A stretch of 59,783 nt of DNA from Tubiluchus corallicola (Eukaryota; Animalia; Priapulida): contig JAQGDQ010001140.1 in assembly GCA_030141605.1 (NCBI GenBank), positions 1 through 59,783 on the forward strand, in the 5' to 3' direction. This document shows, in pieces, positions 25,723-51,190 of the stretch. The translations under genes and the position numbers were made by a program. Under the pieces are notes generated by a model. That model was given only the letters and a program-made list of their open reading frames with translations. It was not told the DNA's origin and did no database searches. Position 1 is the first letter of the stretch; the number at the start of each line of letters is the position of its first letter.

Positions 25723-27240
25723 AGAGCCTGGCCTGTTTTTTCAAGCCGTGACGTCGTGCTGCACATTTTCTGGCACATATCTGCACATCTCGTCGGTTTT
25801 TTGTTTTCTAGAAGTTATTTTAATGCGTAACTCACCATTCACTAATAAAAAGTCTTATCATTATAGATTTTCCTGCAGTTTATTGCCTTTGGTTTAAGTT
25901 CGTTGACTTTCTTCAATCAAGCGGAAAAGGGAAATGTTGACCAGTGTTGCGGATTTTTATAGACCATCTCAGTTTGACTCATGGCATAAAATATACACAT
26001 TTTATTACCTATAACAATAATAAAATACTTCTGTAAAATAAATATAAACTTAACTAACGGCGGGCGAGCGCAGCTAGTAATGAGGTCACAATTCGGAGAA
26101 ACTTTCTAATGGAAAAAACCTGCCACAAGTACTTCGCAATTTCCCTTAGAGGCCTCTTTCAGATAAAAATCGTACACCCTAATATCTCTTATCTTAATTT
26201 CGAGACTGGAATGCGTAAAAGCTATTAAGCACTACGCATGCGCTATGTACTTATGTCGCTTCACTGTCACAGGACAAATGCGGCAAGGCTTGCCACGCCA
26301 AGTAACGCATAAAAATATTTTGAACTGTTGGTAGCGCCTTACCACCTAGGGCCTGCAGGGACGGGGGTGGAGTGACCTGGTAATTGTCTCCACCTACCAG
26401 TGCCTAACCACAAGCAAACAAGTGGAAACAAACATTAACCCTAACCCAACCTAACTTGTGTAACCTACCCGCCACAGAACATGTTGAACCTAATAAAGAA
26501 ACTACTAGTATTTGGATTGTTTGCAAGCCCTAAACTAACTAATTAGATGAACAGGATTTTTCTAGAAAACTAAAAAACACAACAGTGAAATAAGCAGAAA
26601 ACTGCACATATCTCCCCATGCAACAAGTACAGAGAAAACTCCAGGCTTAGCTGGAAAAAACACATGGACAGAAGCAAACCACGTCTGCCCGACCTAATTA
26701 CCACCCACTGTAGCTTCAAAGTACAGCAGGCCGTAGACCTTCCCTATATATATATATATATATATAACCTTTCCAAATTAGTGTACATGTCACAGTCAGA
26801 AGCAAAAGGAAACCTGATTACTTAAAAGCAAAGGGTTTGTAAATTTTAACCAATGAGTGCCGAAATATTTACCGAAATCACTTTTACGTAGTTTAGAAAA
26901 TTCAGATTTGGTTTGAAGGTGAAAACTGCTGTTATTTTTAGGGGTAACATGTAACTTTTACACTAGTTTATATCCACTGCCATACTTTGGAATAAAAGGC
27001 AGAGGTTGCACACCGGCGAGGCGCATGCTCTACTATATCATTTCAAATATTAAACAACAAAATTTTCATAAGGAACTCCATAATAATCAATGGTAATAAC
27101 CACAAATCATAAATTAACGTTAACGCATATCAATAGAAAGAATAATTTTATTTTACATACATTTCTTACACGTAACAATGCAGTCTAGAATTGATTGCAG
27201 CTGTGCTGTGTCTAAAAATTAAAATCATTACTTTCTAAGC

Positions 27241-27463
27241 CAGTGGTTCCCAAAGTAGGGGTAAATTACCCCCTGGGGGTAATATGTTTTTTTTTTTGGG
27301 GGGGGGGGGTAACGGGCCCCCCTCTGAAAAATTTTAAAACTTCGCTCGGAATGCATTTTAAATAGAGGGACGTACGTAAAGGAGAAGTAGTAGTAGGTGG
27401 GGTAATGGACACGACCGGGTTTCCCGATTTGGGTAACGGTCTGAGAAAGTTTGGGAACCACTG
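27241..27463. mobile_element. 223-bp hAT (Charlie-like) MITE
   Basis: TIRs CAGTGGTTCCCAAA...TTTGGGAACCACTG with a perfect 8-bp TSD TTCTAAGC (27233-27240 and 27464-27471). Confidence 0.92.
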
Positions 27464-28022
27464 TTCTAAGCATTCGATGCAGTCGAATAAACAACTACTT
27501 ATTGGTTAACAATTATCTAGACGGCTAGACGCCATGCCTGGCTTCCGTAGAAACTGTAACCGTAAATTACGAACCAGCTGAGAAAATGATGATCACGGCA
27601 ACGATGATGGGAGTAACGATGACTGGCGCAGAAAATGTGCTCACTGCTCATGCAGAAATAAAATCATCACGGTCATTTAATATTTCGTGAATTTGCTGCA
27701 ATCGTGAACTTGGTCTAAAATGGCACAAGAACACCCCAATGTCGACGCTTGAGGCTTAATTGTCACGGTTAATTCTTTAAATGGGTCAGCAACTTATCCT
27801 TCGCTTAGACACTTGTGTTGAAATCGAAAGTAGGCCGTGTTAATGAGCAGCAAACTGGCTAGAATTTTTACTTCTCCAAAAGAGGGTCAGCTACTAATGA
27901 TTCAAACTAATTACGTAAATTTATCTATTGTCTGACTCTGTCACAGAACTTGCCTAATTAGAATTCAGTGATTGAAAAATCGCTGACGTTGCTACACTGT
28001 CGACGGTTGTGCAATGGACGTA

Positions 28023-28150
28023 GGAGCCTCCCCAAGGTGGTTTCCGTGTGTCAAGGTCTAGGCAAAGATTCTGCTGAAGGAGCATGTTTGCAGTTTCACT
28101 GCGGATGACCAATCAACTGTGGGCTGAGCACGACTTTCACTTTCGGTTTT
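28023..28150 (+). promoter_or_regulatory. Candidate MMP proximal promoter/5' region with kB-like, CCAAT and IRF-E/ISRE-like motifs
   Basis: GGGAGGCTCC on the minus strand (28023-28032) fits GGGRNNYYCC. CCAAT is at 28109. ACTTTCACTTTCGGTTTT (28133-28150) reads AAAACCGAAAGTGAAAGT on the minus strand. The region is locally GC/CpG-richer. Confidence 0.45.
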
Positions 28151-28265
28151 GGAGGAGCAAGTTCATCGCAAGAAAAGGATCTGCGGAGGCGTCCGGGGTG
28201 GTAAAAACGCGAGTGCGTCTGACTCTTCGGCGCAGGTGCTGCTGCTGTCGCCTTAGTGAACAGCC

Positions 28266-41471
<13,206 letters not shown>

Positions 41472-42937
41472 CGACAAAAGAACAACCATTTAACCTTATT
41501 CCACACCAAAGATGAAAATCGCAGCAAGGTATTTCGTTTGAAGATAGGATATTTTTGGATTTGACTGCCGAAGCATTGTTGAATGCCAAAGGCAATGAAA
41601 GAGAAACCTGTAGTGCAATAGACCTGGCTCATACAGGAATGAAAAGTATTGTAGATTTACTATAATTACATTTGCATGTTCTATGTTAAACTAAAATGGA
41701 AGTTTCGAATGTATATGTGTAGCCCAAATGCCCCTGACAATAGATGTTATTTTGTGAAGCGAATTTAAACATTATATCACTGACACTACCATCTAATTTT
41801 CCTCTCAAGTATCAATTTCACATAACCAACCCCTTTTAATTAACGTAGAGCAGGTGTGAGTTCTTCATCATCTAGTGTCTGTGATCTGATACCCGGATGA
41901 TTCTAATACATGTAATCGCAATGTAATAAGTGTGAACTGAAATGTATGAACAGGCCTTAATCCAAAGACAGAATTGACATAGCAGGTTTTTCAAGTTTAA
42001 AAAGGCCATATCAAATGTCGATGATAAATTTGTCTTTATAATGAGTAGTCAAGATATCGAATTATGCAAGATTATTGCAGATTTTTTGGAATCACCCTTT
42101 CAGGTTAGGAATCGGATATTGTCTAAATAGAATTTAGATTCAATTGTGTAAGGAGTTATTAATACTATTTTATTTAACATTGCTGTGATAACTATTTTTA
42201 ATATTTGCATGAATTAATTTTTATTAGTTCTGGAGGCTCGAGCCAGAATGTTCCTTTGTAAGGGGATTTTGTCTCTTATAAAAGTTCCCTTCACGAGAGA
42301 TTCAAGAGAGATTAAATCTGTCTTGTTTGTTTATTTGTAACGCAATGTATGTAATGGTGGTTCAATAAGCAAACAAACACACACTGTACATTATGATTTG
42401 CCAAATTTACAACGATCTCAATTATCTAAGTGATCGTTAATTTCATTGCCTTTTGTGGATGAAATCTACTTGATATTTAAAATTACTATATTTTTCTTGA
42501 GATTAGTGTTAATCACGTGGGTATAGAATTACGCTAGCAGCGTTTTTGTCTAATCTTTGATAAGTATGTGTTGCAAACGAATACAGAGCTCGCTTAATAA
42601 ATTTATGTTACGTTTTTAACCGTATTTTTTATTTAATTTTGTTACACATTTTATAAAATGAAGATCTACTGCAGTGTTATATACTCAGAGGTGTGAAACA
42701 TTGTAACGGCCTTTGATAGCTGCCAGAAATTGCCTAAAACGATAATGTAATTTTCTTTCTTTCTTGTCAATAGATGGCACCGCATTACTAGAACTGTTTA
42801 GGGTATCAAGTTTTATGTCACACCTGCTAAAAATTTATTATTAAGTGTCAATTGGATTACAGCTTGCAGACTGCCAGAATGTAGGCCATAAGAAGATTAA
42901 ACTACTGTTCAAAGCTAATAAAAGGCTTGGATAGAAG

Positions 42938-43408
42938 TTAAAGGCCTATACATAACCCGAACACACATCGAAATTTTTTAATGCATTATTATAATTCCAT
43001 AAAGAATTCATAGTTATCATTAAACAAAAGAGACATTTAAATTAAAAACTTATCTTTTTTTTGGGGGGGGCGGATAATTTCGAACACGTGCATTGCCGTA
43101 AAGATCGCCATTTTTCGTTTCTTTGGCGCGAGTGAACGAGAATGACGTACACGTGACAGAATGTGTCTTTGGTTACCCATGTTTCTAAACCTATCTTTGG
43201 TGACCTAGTGACTGTACTCATAACGTCATTCGTCTCGAACAACGAAAAATGGCGGTTCTGCATATTTAATACCGCTAACAACGAAGTGATAAGATATAAA
43301 AAGAAAAAACCTTTACAGTAAGTTTGTAACAAAATAAATTGAATATGCACAATGAGTGTAGGATTTTAAATTGCTTATTATTATAGTGATGGTTCAGTTT
43401 GACTTTAA
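42938..43408 (+). mobile_element. Copy 4 (most complete) of the Kolobok-like MITE family
   Basis: TTAA|AGGCC..AACC at the left end and GGTTCAGTTTGACT|TTAA at the right end (TTAA flanks, imperfect TIR). Confidence 0.75.
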
Positions 43409-44502
43409 TTTTGACACATGTAGTTTAATTAAATCGAGCAATACAGATTTGAGACTTGATACGAGTAGGTCTACCATGTACAGTACAACTCAACACCACA
43501 TAAATGTTGTATTATTTCCTTATTTCTTTTAAAATATTTTACTGTATATGTTTTGTCTTTTCATAAATCGCGCTTATCTATATGCCAACATATATATATA
43601 TAATACATCTATATATTATATATTTTAACAAAATTAATGTAGCTATGACTCATTCTGATTTTTGACTACTAATTTATGTTGATTTTGATTTAACTTACAA
43701 TTATTTAAAAAACTAGTCCAATTCGCACAATAACACTCTTAATTTCGCCTAAGCATTGTTATACTTCAGTAAACTATCTTGCCTAATCAAATCCAGCAAA
43801 ATGTTCCTGCTGTTATTAAGCTTTGGCACTTCTGTGTCTTGTCCCAAGTGGGCATCATATTTTTGGAACATTCGGCAATCTTTTTGCTCTTAGTTAATAT
43901 TTATGCTAAACGAACCTGTTTACTGAGCAGAATTTCCTCAAAAATACGAATACTAGGTCCATGACATGGGAATTTAATCTCCTTATCTTGATCGCCATAC
44001 TGATGAGACTACTAGCTACATAGAACTGTATTAAGCGTTATTATGTGCTGCCATCTTGAGGCGGGAATCTTAACGAACGCTGTTTAAATACGAAAAATAT
44101 TATCAGTCGTGCATTATAATCCACCATGTATCAAAATTAGGTTAAAATTACAAACAAAAAAGTCGTGACACGGGTTTAAAATATGTAGGATATGAAAAAC
44201 CCACACGCATAACCAGTCCCTATAACTAGGACTAACAGATAATAGCACATGTGAATGGGGCACCGAAATTCAAACAACCTGAACACTAATATACAGATGC
44301 AACAAAGTAGATGCTAACCGAAGAAAACACCTATTAGAAACCATGCAGGGGAAAAACAGAACCAGTGTATTTTAAAAAAAGAAGGAGCATTAAATAAAGC
44401 TCTAGTTAATTTTGCGAGAGACGATTTTATCTTATTAATTTGTAAAGAGATGTAAAAGGGTTAAATGCATAATACTATATAAATTTTCGCTCACGCACAC
44501 AT

Positions 44503-44662
<160 letters not shown>

Positions 44663-45302
44663 GTATATATGTTTGTGCTGCACAAATAAGGATTTATCAT
44701 AATCATCCTATTCCTTAGAATGACGCAGCCATTAAAGTAAAAATGTCTGCCCACAGCTATATCCACATTAACTGGAAACACTAGTATATTTTATAGCTTT
44801 TAATAGTTCGACCGCACAATAATTGATGAGAAGGTGTAATAACTAACCGGTCTAGCATATAAGCATAGTCTAGCTGAGAACGCATCTTCTTTCTGTCTTG
44901 GGGGTCGTGGGTTCGACACCGCATAATACAGGAAACTTTAAAAATGGAATAATTTTATTTACAGTCGTTAATGACTCATGGCTTGTCTTGCCAGCTGAAT
45001 TTAAAGAGGACTTTAAATAAACGTAATTATAATGTCGGCTTTCCACGAGAAAAATGTTAAATGAGTCTGTCTGAAGTAGTTTTAAAATCTGTCACTTGGA
45101 TTATTAATTTCAGGTCGTAACAACAGCCACAATGCCACCGACAGCAACGCCATACAATCTCATTATGATCACTTACAAAAAATAGATCTAAAAAAAATCG
45201 ACCTGGCGTTTAGTTAACTGGCAAAACTAATTTTTCGACCTATCCATTTGTGGACTGTTAAAGCTCCTAGAAAGGTCAAATAAAACGATTAACACATACA
45301 GG

Positions 45303-45628
45303 CAAGGCTCTATTATGACCTTTGAGGGCGCCTAGGCAGACGGAGTCACCCTCTTATTTGCTTGCACTTATTTTTTACTTGTGATATATTTTAGCAGCAT
45401 TTGCATAGCTGGAATCAATATTTCAAACAAATGGCTTCAAAGAGGGGCCCTTGTCTCAAATAAAAGGCCTCAAATAGGGATCCTTTATCTGAAATCTAGA
45501 GCCAGATAAGGATTTTCTGACTTCCTGGCCTCCTTTTTTAAAGTCAGCAATGCAAAGTATGCCCCCACCCCTCAAATCTTGAGGACCCTCGGCTGCAGGT
45601 ATACTAGCTTATGGGTAATCCAGCCTTG
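45303..45628. mobile_element. 326-bp hAT-type MITE
   Basis: TIRs CAAGGCTCTATTA...TAATCCAGCCTTG and a perfect 8-bp TSD CATACAGG (45295-45302 and 45629-45636). Confidence 0.85.
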
Positions 45629-45942
45629 CATACAGGTTTTCATAAACTTGTTACAGAGGTACTAAACACAAAAATTTCTGAGTTAAAAATAGATGCTGTG
45701 TAAAGCGAGCTGCTCGCCACAACTGCATGTCTTTCTTTTTAAGCTGTCATAATAAACGAGTTTGTGTATTTAAAAATTGCAAAAAAATCGTATTACAAAT
45801 CGATTAGCATTTCTCGCTGGGATGGAATTAATTTTTAAAATTTACAATAATATAATAATTTTATTTAGGATATAGTCCAAGGATAACATCTTAAGTAACT
45901 AAATACAAATTTCCAAGATGGCCGGATTATTATTTTCATCAT

Positions 45943-46178
45943 AGAGAGAAACACAGGAGCACATCAGATAACATTTTAAGAGAGAAACACAGGAGCACAT
46001 CAGATAACAACATAAGAGAGAAACACAGGAGCACATCAGATAACAACATAAGAGAGAAACACAGGAGCACATCAGATAACAACATAAGAGAGAAACACAG
46101 GAGCACATCAGATAACAACATAAGAGAGAAACACAGGAGCACATCAGATAACAATATAAGAGAGAAACACAGGAGCAT
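45943..46178. repeat. 36-bp minisatellite, about 6.5 copies
   Basis: Unit AGAGAGAAACACAGGAGCACATCAGATAACAACATA. Confidence 0.97.
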
Positions 46179-46202
46179 AAAATCTCTAGCTACACACACT
46201 CT

Positions 46203-46402
46203 CAGAACAGGCTGGGACAACAGTAACTTACAAACACAGAGTGGGACATAACAGTAACTCGCTGAATAAAGTGTGGCATAACAGTAACTTACAAAACAGA
46301 GTGGGACACAACATAAATTCACAGAACAGAGTGTGACATAACAGTAACTTACAGAACAGAGTGGGACATAACAGTAACCAACAGAACAGAGTGCGACACA
46401 AC
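46203..46402. repeat. 30-bp minisatellite, about 6.7 diverged copies
   Basis: Consensus ACAGAACAGAGTGGGACATAACAGTAACTT. Confidence 0.92.
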
Positions 46403-47339
46403 TGTGATTGGGATAGTGATCATTTTTTTATATTTTTGCTATTTTTCCTTGTGTTTTTATCTGCCGCGCTTCTGTGGTTTCTACATGCTTGCATAATTCT
46501 TTTAGTTTGATATCCTTTTTGTATTAATAATATAGCAAAAAACTCCCCACCGTCGAAAAATAGTTCATAGTCCTAGTATTTTCTTGTGATTTTCTTCTCT
46601 TTGTGGCTTCTCTTCTCTTCAACTATAGTGGCATGTCGAAACGTTGTGGTCTTCCTGTTTTCTCGTTTTCTTAATTGTGGGTTCGTTGCATCAACTTGTG
46701 TGAACTTCCGGGAACGTTAGGATATACTAAAATGCTTTGTGACGCAAAAACCGAAACTGTACAAAATCCAGATTCCTTTTACGTTACTGCCTTTCCTTGA
46801 ATCGTTTATATAATTACAAGTTGTTTGCAATGTGTGTTTTTATATACATTCAAGTCTCATCTCAGTGCTTAAACGCATCCTTTTAACTTGTCAGTGAAAA
46901 AATCTACCAGCAATACAACCGATGATAAAATTTAACACTTTCTTTGTTTTGAAAAAGTTCGTGTGACCTAGTTTTCATTTATCGCATTCTAATTTAAAAA
47001 ATGAGGTAACTACTGAAAGATTTAATGAGCAGTCATAAAACTGAAACTAATGTGGGTGGACGGTAGATAAACCGCTCAACTTGCAGTCAATACTAATCCA
47101 ATCATAAAAAAATTATACAACATTTTTATTAAAATTCAATAGAGTTGCTGGTTTATTTGCGTTAATCAAAGGCAACAAAGTTCACGAATATCGCGTTTGC
47201 TCATATTGCAATGTGTGAAAGACTTAATATTAAGCAAAAGTTCAATTAATTATGTCCTAACCCGCTTTGAAACTACAAGTTTTTCTCCAAGTCCCAGCCG
47301 GTTTAATAGAACATCCAGTATCAAGGCAGTGTTTTGTTT

Positions 47340-47682
47340 GATTGGGCAGCCAAGCAAGCAGACACAGGGAGGGACATACTTAGATGGAAAAATATGTGTG
47401 CAGTTCAACGACCTCTTTTGTATTTGTTCGTATAATACACGAGCGGGTGCGACGGTCGTATCAGTTCTTGAGGTCAATAGCCTCGCGCTACGCATGCGCC
47501 GCCACACGTGACCTGATGAGGCTGCTGGGACAGCGTGATAGCTTCAGCGTTGTGTGGGTTTCTCATAGAGAGTTGACGTCACTGACGGATGGTTCTGAGT
47601 TAATTGAGATTGAGAGGCTTACAGAGTAATTGATAGCAAATGCAAGGGCACGAGTCTCGCTGCAGTTTGTTACAATGTAAGT
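47340..47682 (+). promoter_or_regulatory. Candidate promoter and non-coding first exon of the zinc-finger gene
   Basis: CpG-rich patch with a reverse CCAAT (ATTGG, about 47341), NRF1-like CGCATGCGC (47491), E-box CACGTG (47505) and a perfect CRE TGACGTCA (47574). It ends in a consensus donor GTAAGT at 47677. A strong acceptor lies just before the CDS at 55675. Confidence 0.5.
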
Positions 47683-49016
47683 ATAAATAATGATATAGTA
47701 ATTTTATTTAAAAAAGGTTTTCGGAAAAGGTTTTAAGCTAATAAATTATCGTTTAGCTTAAAATTGTTTGCTTAGAATTGTCGTTGTCCCCTGTTGACAA
47801 TGACATGATTCCGTTCGCCTCTTTATACCAGGACTCCCTACTCTCTGCAATGGTACAAGTCCTTCTATGGGCAAAATTACTGAAACTTTTTGAGTATCAG
47901 ATGGCCAGAGAAAATTTCAAATAGAGATCTGTGAGAACAAAAATTATTTATAATGACACTGTAAAAAATTGCCAATAAGTAAAACCTTTTGCTCTAATTA
48001 TTACCATTATCGAGGACGTGTTCTAATTAATGTATGCTAAAATGTGTCAACAGACTTTTAATATTGTTACAGTATGAACTAATTTTATTTTAATAAGAAG
48101 GTGAAAGCGTTTTTGCATAGGCTACTTAAAACTAAAACTGAGAATAACGTTTTCACAGGCATATAGCCAAAGGGGTGGAACTCTAGACCTCGTAGGAGTA
48201 TAAGCTATAGACTGTAAGCTATTGGCTATAGCTAATGCTCTTATTAATGAATGACTGGAGCATTAAGAAACGAGGAAAAATTGTTTGATTGTAGGATTTT
48301 TCATCAATTGTCACTGTTCATGGCATTAAGAATTCAACTTGTGCTTTGTGCAGGTATTGACAGTATTGCTGAGCTGAACCAAATTTGTAAAATAGGCTAT
48401 AATGGAAGGTACGTGTGCTGTATTAATTCTGCAACTTTCTGTGACAATTAGAAATACTAATGACATTCTCATCAGTCAGTCTGCCAGAATGATTATTCTA
48501 TAGTATAGAATTCTTATTCTAAGTCCTAACTAGTGCACTACAGCTTTGTCCATGCTGCTATAGAGTTGTCTGTTGTCAGGCTTAGTACAGGGTTTACTCT
48601 ATGCAGTGGTTCCAGGTTATTTGCAAAATTCACCCGTTCTATGCTAAACCAGACGTCTTGTTTGGATCTGTACGTGTGGTGTGAGAAGCCAGCTGACCTG
48701 GAACGCGGGAGGAAGACGTGTAAAGGTCACAGCACCTCGACTTCTGAAATACTTACTCTTTGTCCGCTTTTTCGTGCTGTTAGCTTTCTCAATGGCTTTG
48801 AGGCATATGATGTTTACTGTTTGTTTCTATAGTTTTGTTTTCTGTCACTGAGCTGGCAATGAAATTCTGTCGTGTTGTTTCAGTTCTCTGTCATCCTGTT
48901 TCTGGTTGGCAGCAGTTGAATTTCATTAGCACAGGACAGTACTTTTAAGTTGTAGAATTTCACCAGCATTAATTGCTGTAAAAATCTGGGGATTAATCTA
49001 TAATGTTATTACGCAT

Positions 49017-49289
<273 letters not shown>

Positions 49290-49519
49290 TATGAATGTGT
49301 GTGTTTGTGTGTATGGTAAATAATTTATTTATTTGGAAATACAGTTGTACAAACTATACAAACAATGAAAAAAGATACACGTAATATTATTGATGTATCA
49401 TTGATGGCAAGAACCAGAAGTAAAAACTTGTTACATTGTATGTGCTTGCGCCTCTGTGAGCACGTTCAAATAATAACTGAAAATAAGAACAAAAACGAAG
49501 ATTTTAGGCAGTTTAAAAG

Positions 49520-49830
49520 GAAAAGGTCGTGCTAAACAAGTATAGGAGTGACGGATAAAAGGATGTAGCAAAATAGGAAGGATATAGCTGATCCGAATGA
49601 ATTCTGTCAGAAATTCGTTAATTTTGTCATCTTTTATTCTAATGTGGACGTTTCAGGAACATTCCTAGGTTTGCTCCCCTTCAGTTACGTACCTGATCAT
49701 GCACAGGGGGAGAAATGCGGCCAAGCGATGGACTAGCCACTAAGTCTTGTCCTCCGGTGCGTTAACGTTTCGTAAGTAGATACCATCTAGCACTCCTTCA
49801 GGAGTATGGGTCCGTTTTTGGAAACTGGGT
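49520..49830 (-). mobile_element. Penelope-like element terminal-repeat remnant with two hammerhead-like motifs
   Basis: The minus strand carries two CTGAAG-hairpin-GAAACG motifs (49752-49806 and 49644-49690), followed by AATAAA. This layout is typical of Penelope-like pseudo-LTRs. No RT or GIY-YIG ORF was seen. Confidence 0.5.
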
Positions 49831-50894
49831 GTTTGTCGTTTGGTCATTCGTGATTTTGGCCACTATGGCGGCCATTTTGAATTTATCGTTTATTTAATAA
49901 GAAACACGTTTTGTTGTGAACGAGACGAATTGCGAAGTCGAAATCCGTTAGGCTAGTTGGCAGAAGCAGAAATGGGTTGAGGGACAAAGGGGCGGAGGAA
50001 CCAACAGGATGGAGAAACAGGAAAGTCAGTCTGAGAATTGGGCAGGGAGAATTTATTGGAAAATGAGACATGGAGTTAATATTAGAGATGAGTGTTATAA
50101 ATTTGTAGCCTTTGTTTCTGAGACTTTTTTCAGGAAATATTCATATCAACATTGAATTGGCATCAAGACGCTACACAGTGCGTATAATATAGCCCATATC
50201 ACACACTTCGATCATTTTCTGATCTTAGCAAATTCAGCATAGTAAACTTGCCCTTTTCTACATTCTGTTCGTCAGTTAGTGCAGACTGCTTGGTCAGCTC
50301 AGCTGGCCTTTTGCTAGTTAGTCTCTTTGACCAGTATTTTCTGGAAATATTGCTTAATCACATCACATCACTATTTAACCATAATTCCATAATAAATGAT
50401 GTTGAGGACATTTGCTGAATTCGAAGAATATGACAGCATTTTTCAAATGATTTTCAATTGGAGTACTGCTGATACAGATTGTTTTATCAGGTCTCAGATT
50501 TTTTAATCTTATTTTTAAATTTAACATCAAAAGAAAGATTAAAAAAACTAAGAACTTGTTAAAACAGTGAAATATGAAATTTACTGCACTTTTAAAGCTG
50601 AATCCGAATCACTTGAACAATCGATTAGAGGCGCGTTGTAGGTTGTAACTGCATAATAATTACGAAGCCGTGTTGGGGAATCACAATGTAACACCATATA
50701 GTGTCAACTTGCTCAGCCATTCTTCCAGTCCATGCAAATGTTTATCCAAGTTTTGCCTGTCCCTCAGTGTATTTGATTAACTGGGCTTCTAATTATTATA
50801 GAGGATTACAAATTATATACTGTAATAGCGCAATAATAGTGGTACTTATAGAAAAAACGTTCACATTACTACGATACTGTTATTTTAATGTACA

Positions 50895-50975
50895 GAACAA
50901 CAAGAACAAGAACAAGAACAACGACAACAACGACAGCAGCAGCAGCAACAACATCAACAACAACAACGACAGCAG

Positions 50976-51009
<34 letters not shown>

Positions 51010-51190
51010 AACAACAACAACAACAGCAGCAGCAGCAACAGCACAGCAACAACAACAACAACAACAACATTGTACTATATAATACAGTGCTGTACTGTAC
51101 TGTGTTGTGTTGTGCTTTGCTATTGCTGTACCATGCCTAGCTACCCTGTGCTGTTGCTGTGCTGTATTGTACTGTACTGTACTGTGCTGC
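50895..51190. repeat. (AAC/AGC)n trinucleotide tract followed by a degenerate (TACTG/TGCTG)n pentamer tract
   Basis: Read directly. Confidence 0.9.

Noticed and set aside
26436-26466. TAACCC telomere-like repeats (also at about 41034-41072)
   Set aside because: Only two or three degenerate units inside dispersed repeats; not a telomere.
44865-44925. tRNA-like A/B boxes (GGTTCGACACC); similar fragments at about 5026-5068, 32946-32990 and 33118-33145
   Set aside because: No complete cloverleaf can be built. These are probably decayed tRNA-derived SINE heads, too degenerate to delimit.
45114-45217. Alternative MMP terminal exon after the TTTCAG acceptor at 45113
   Set aside because: It is phase-compatible, but the peptide has no recognisable feature and the 41412 acceptor is closer and stronger. 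It cannot be excluded, and the protease would remain nested either way.
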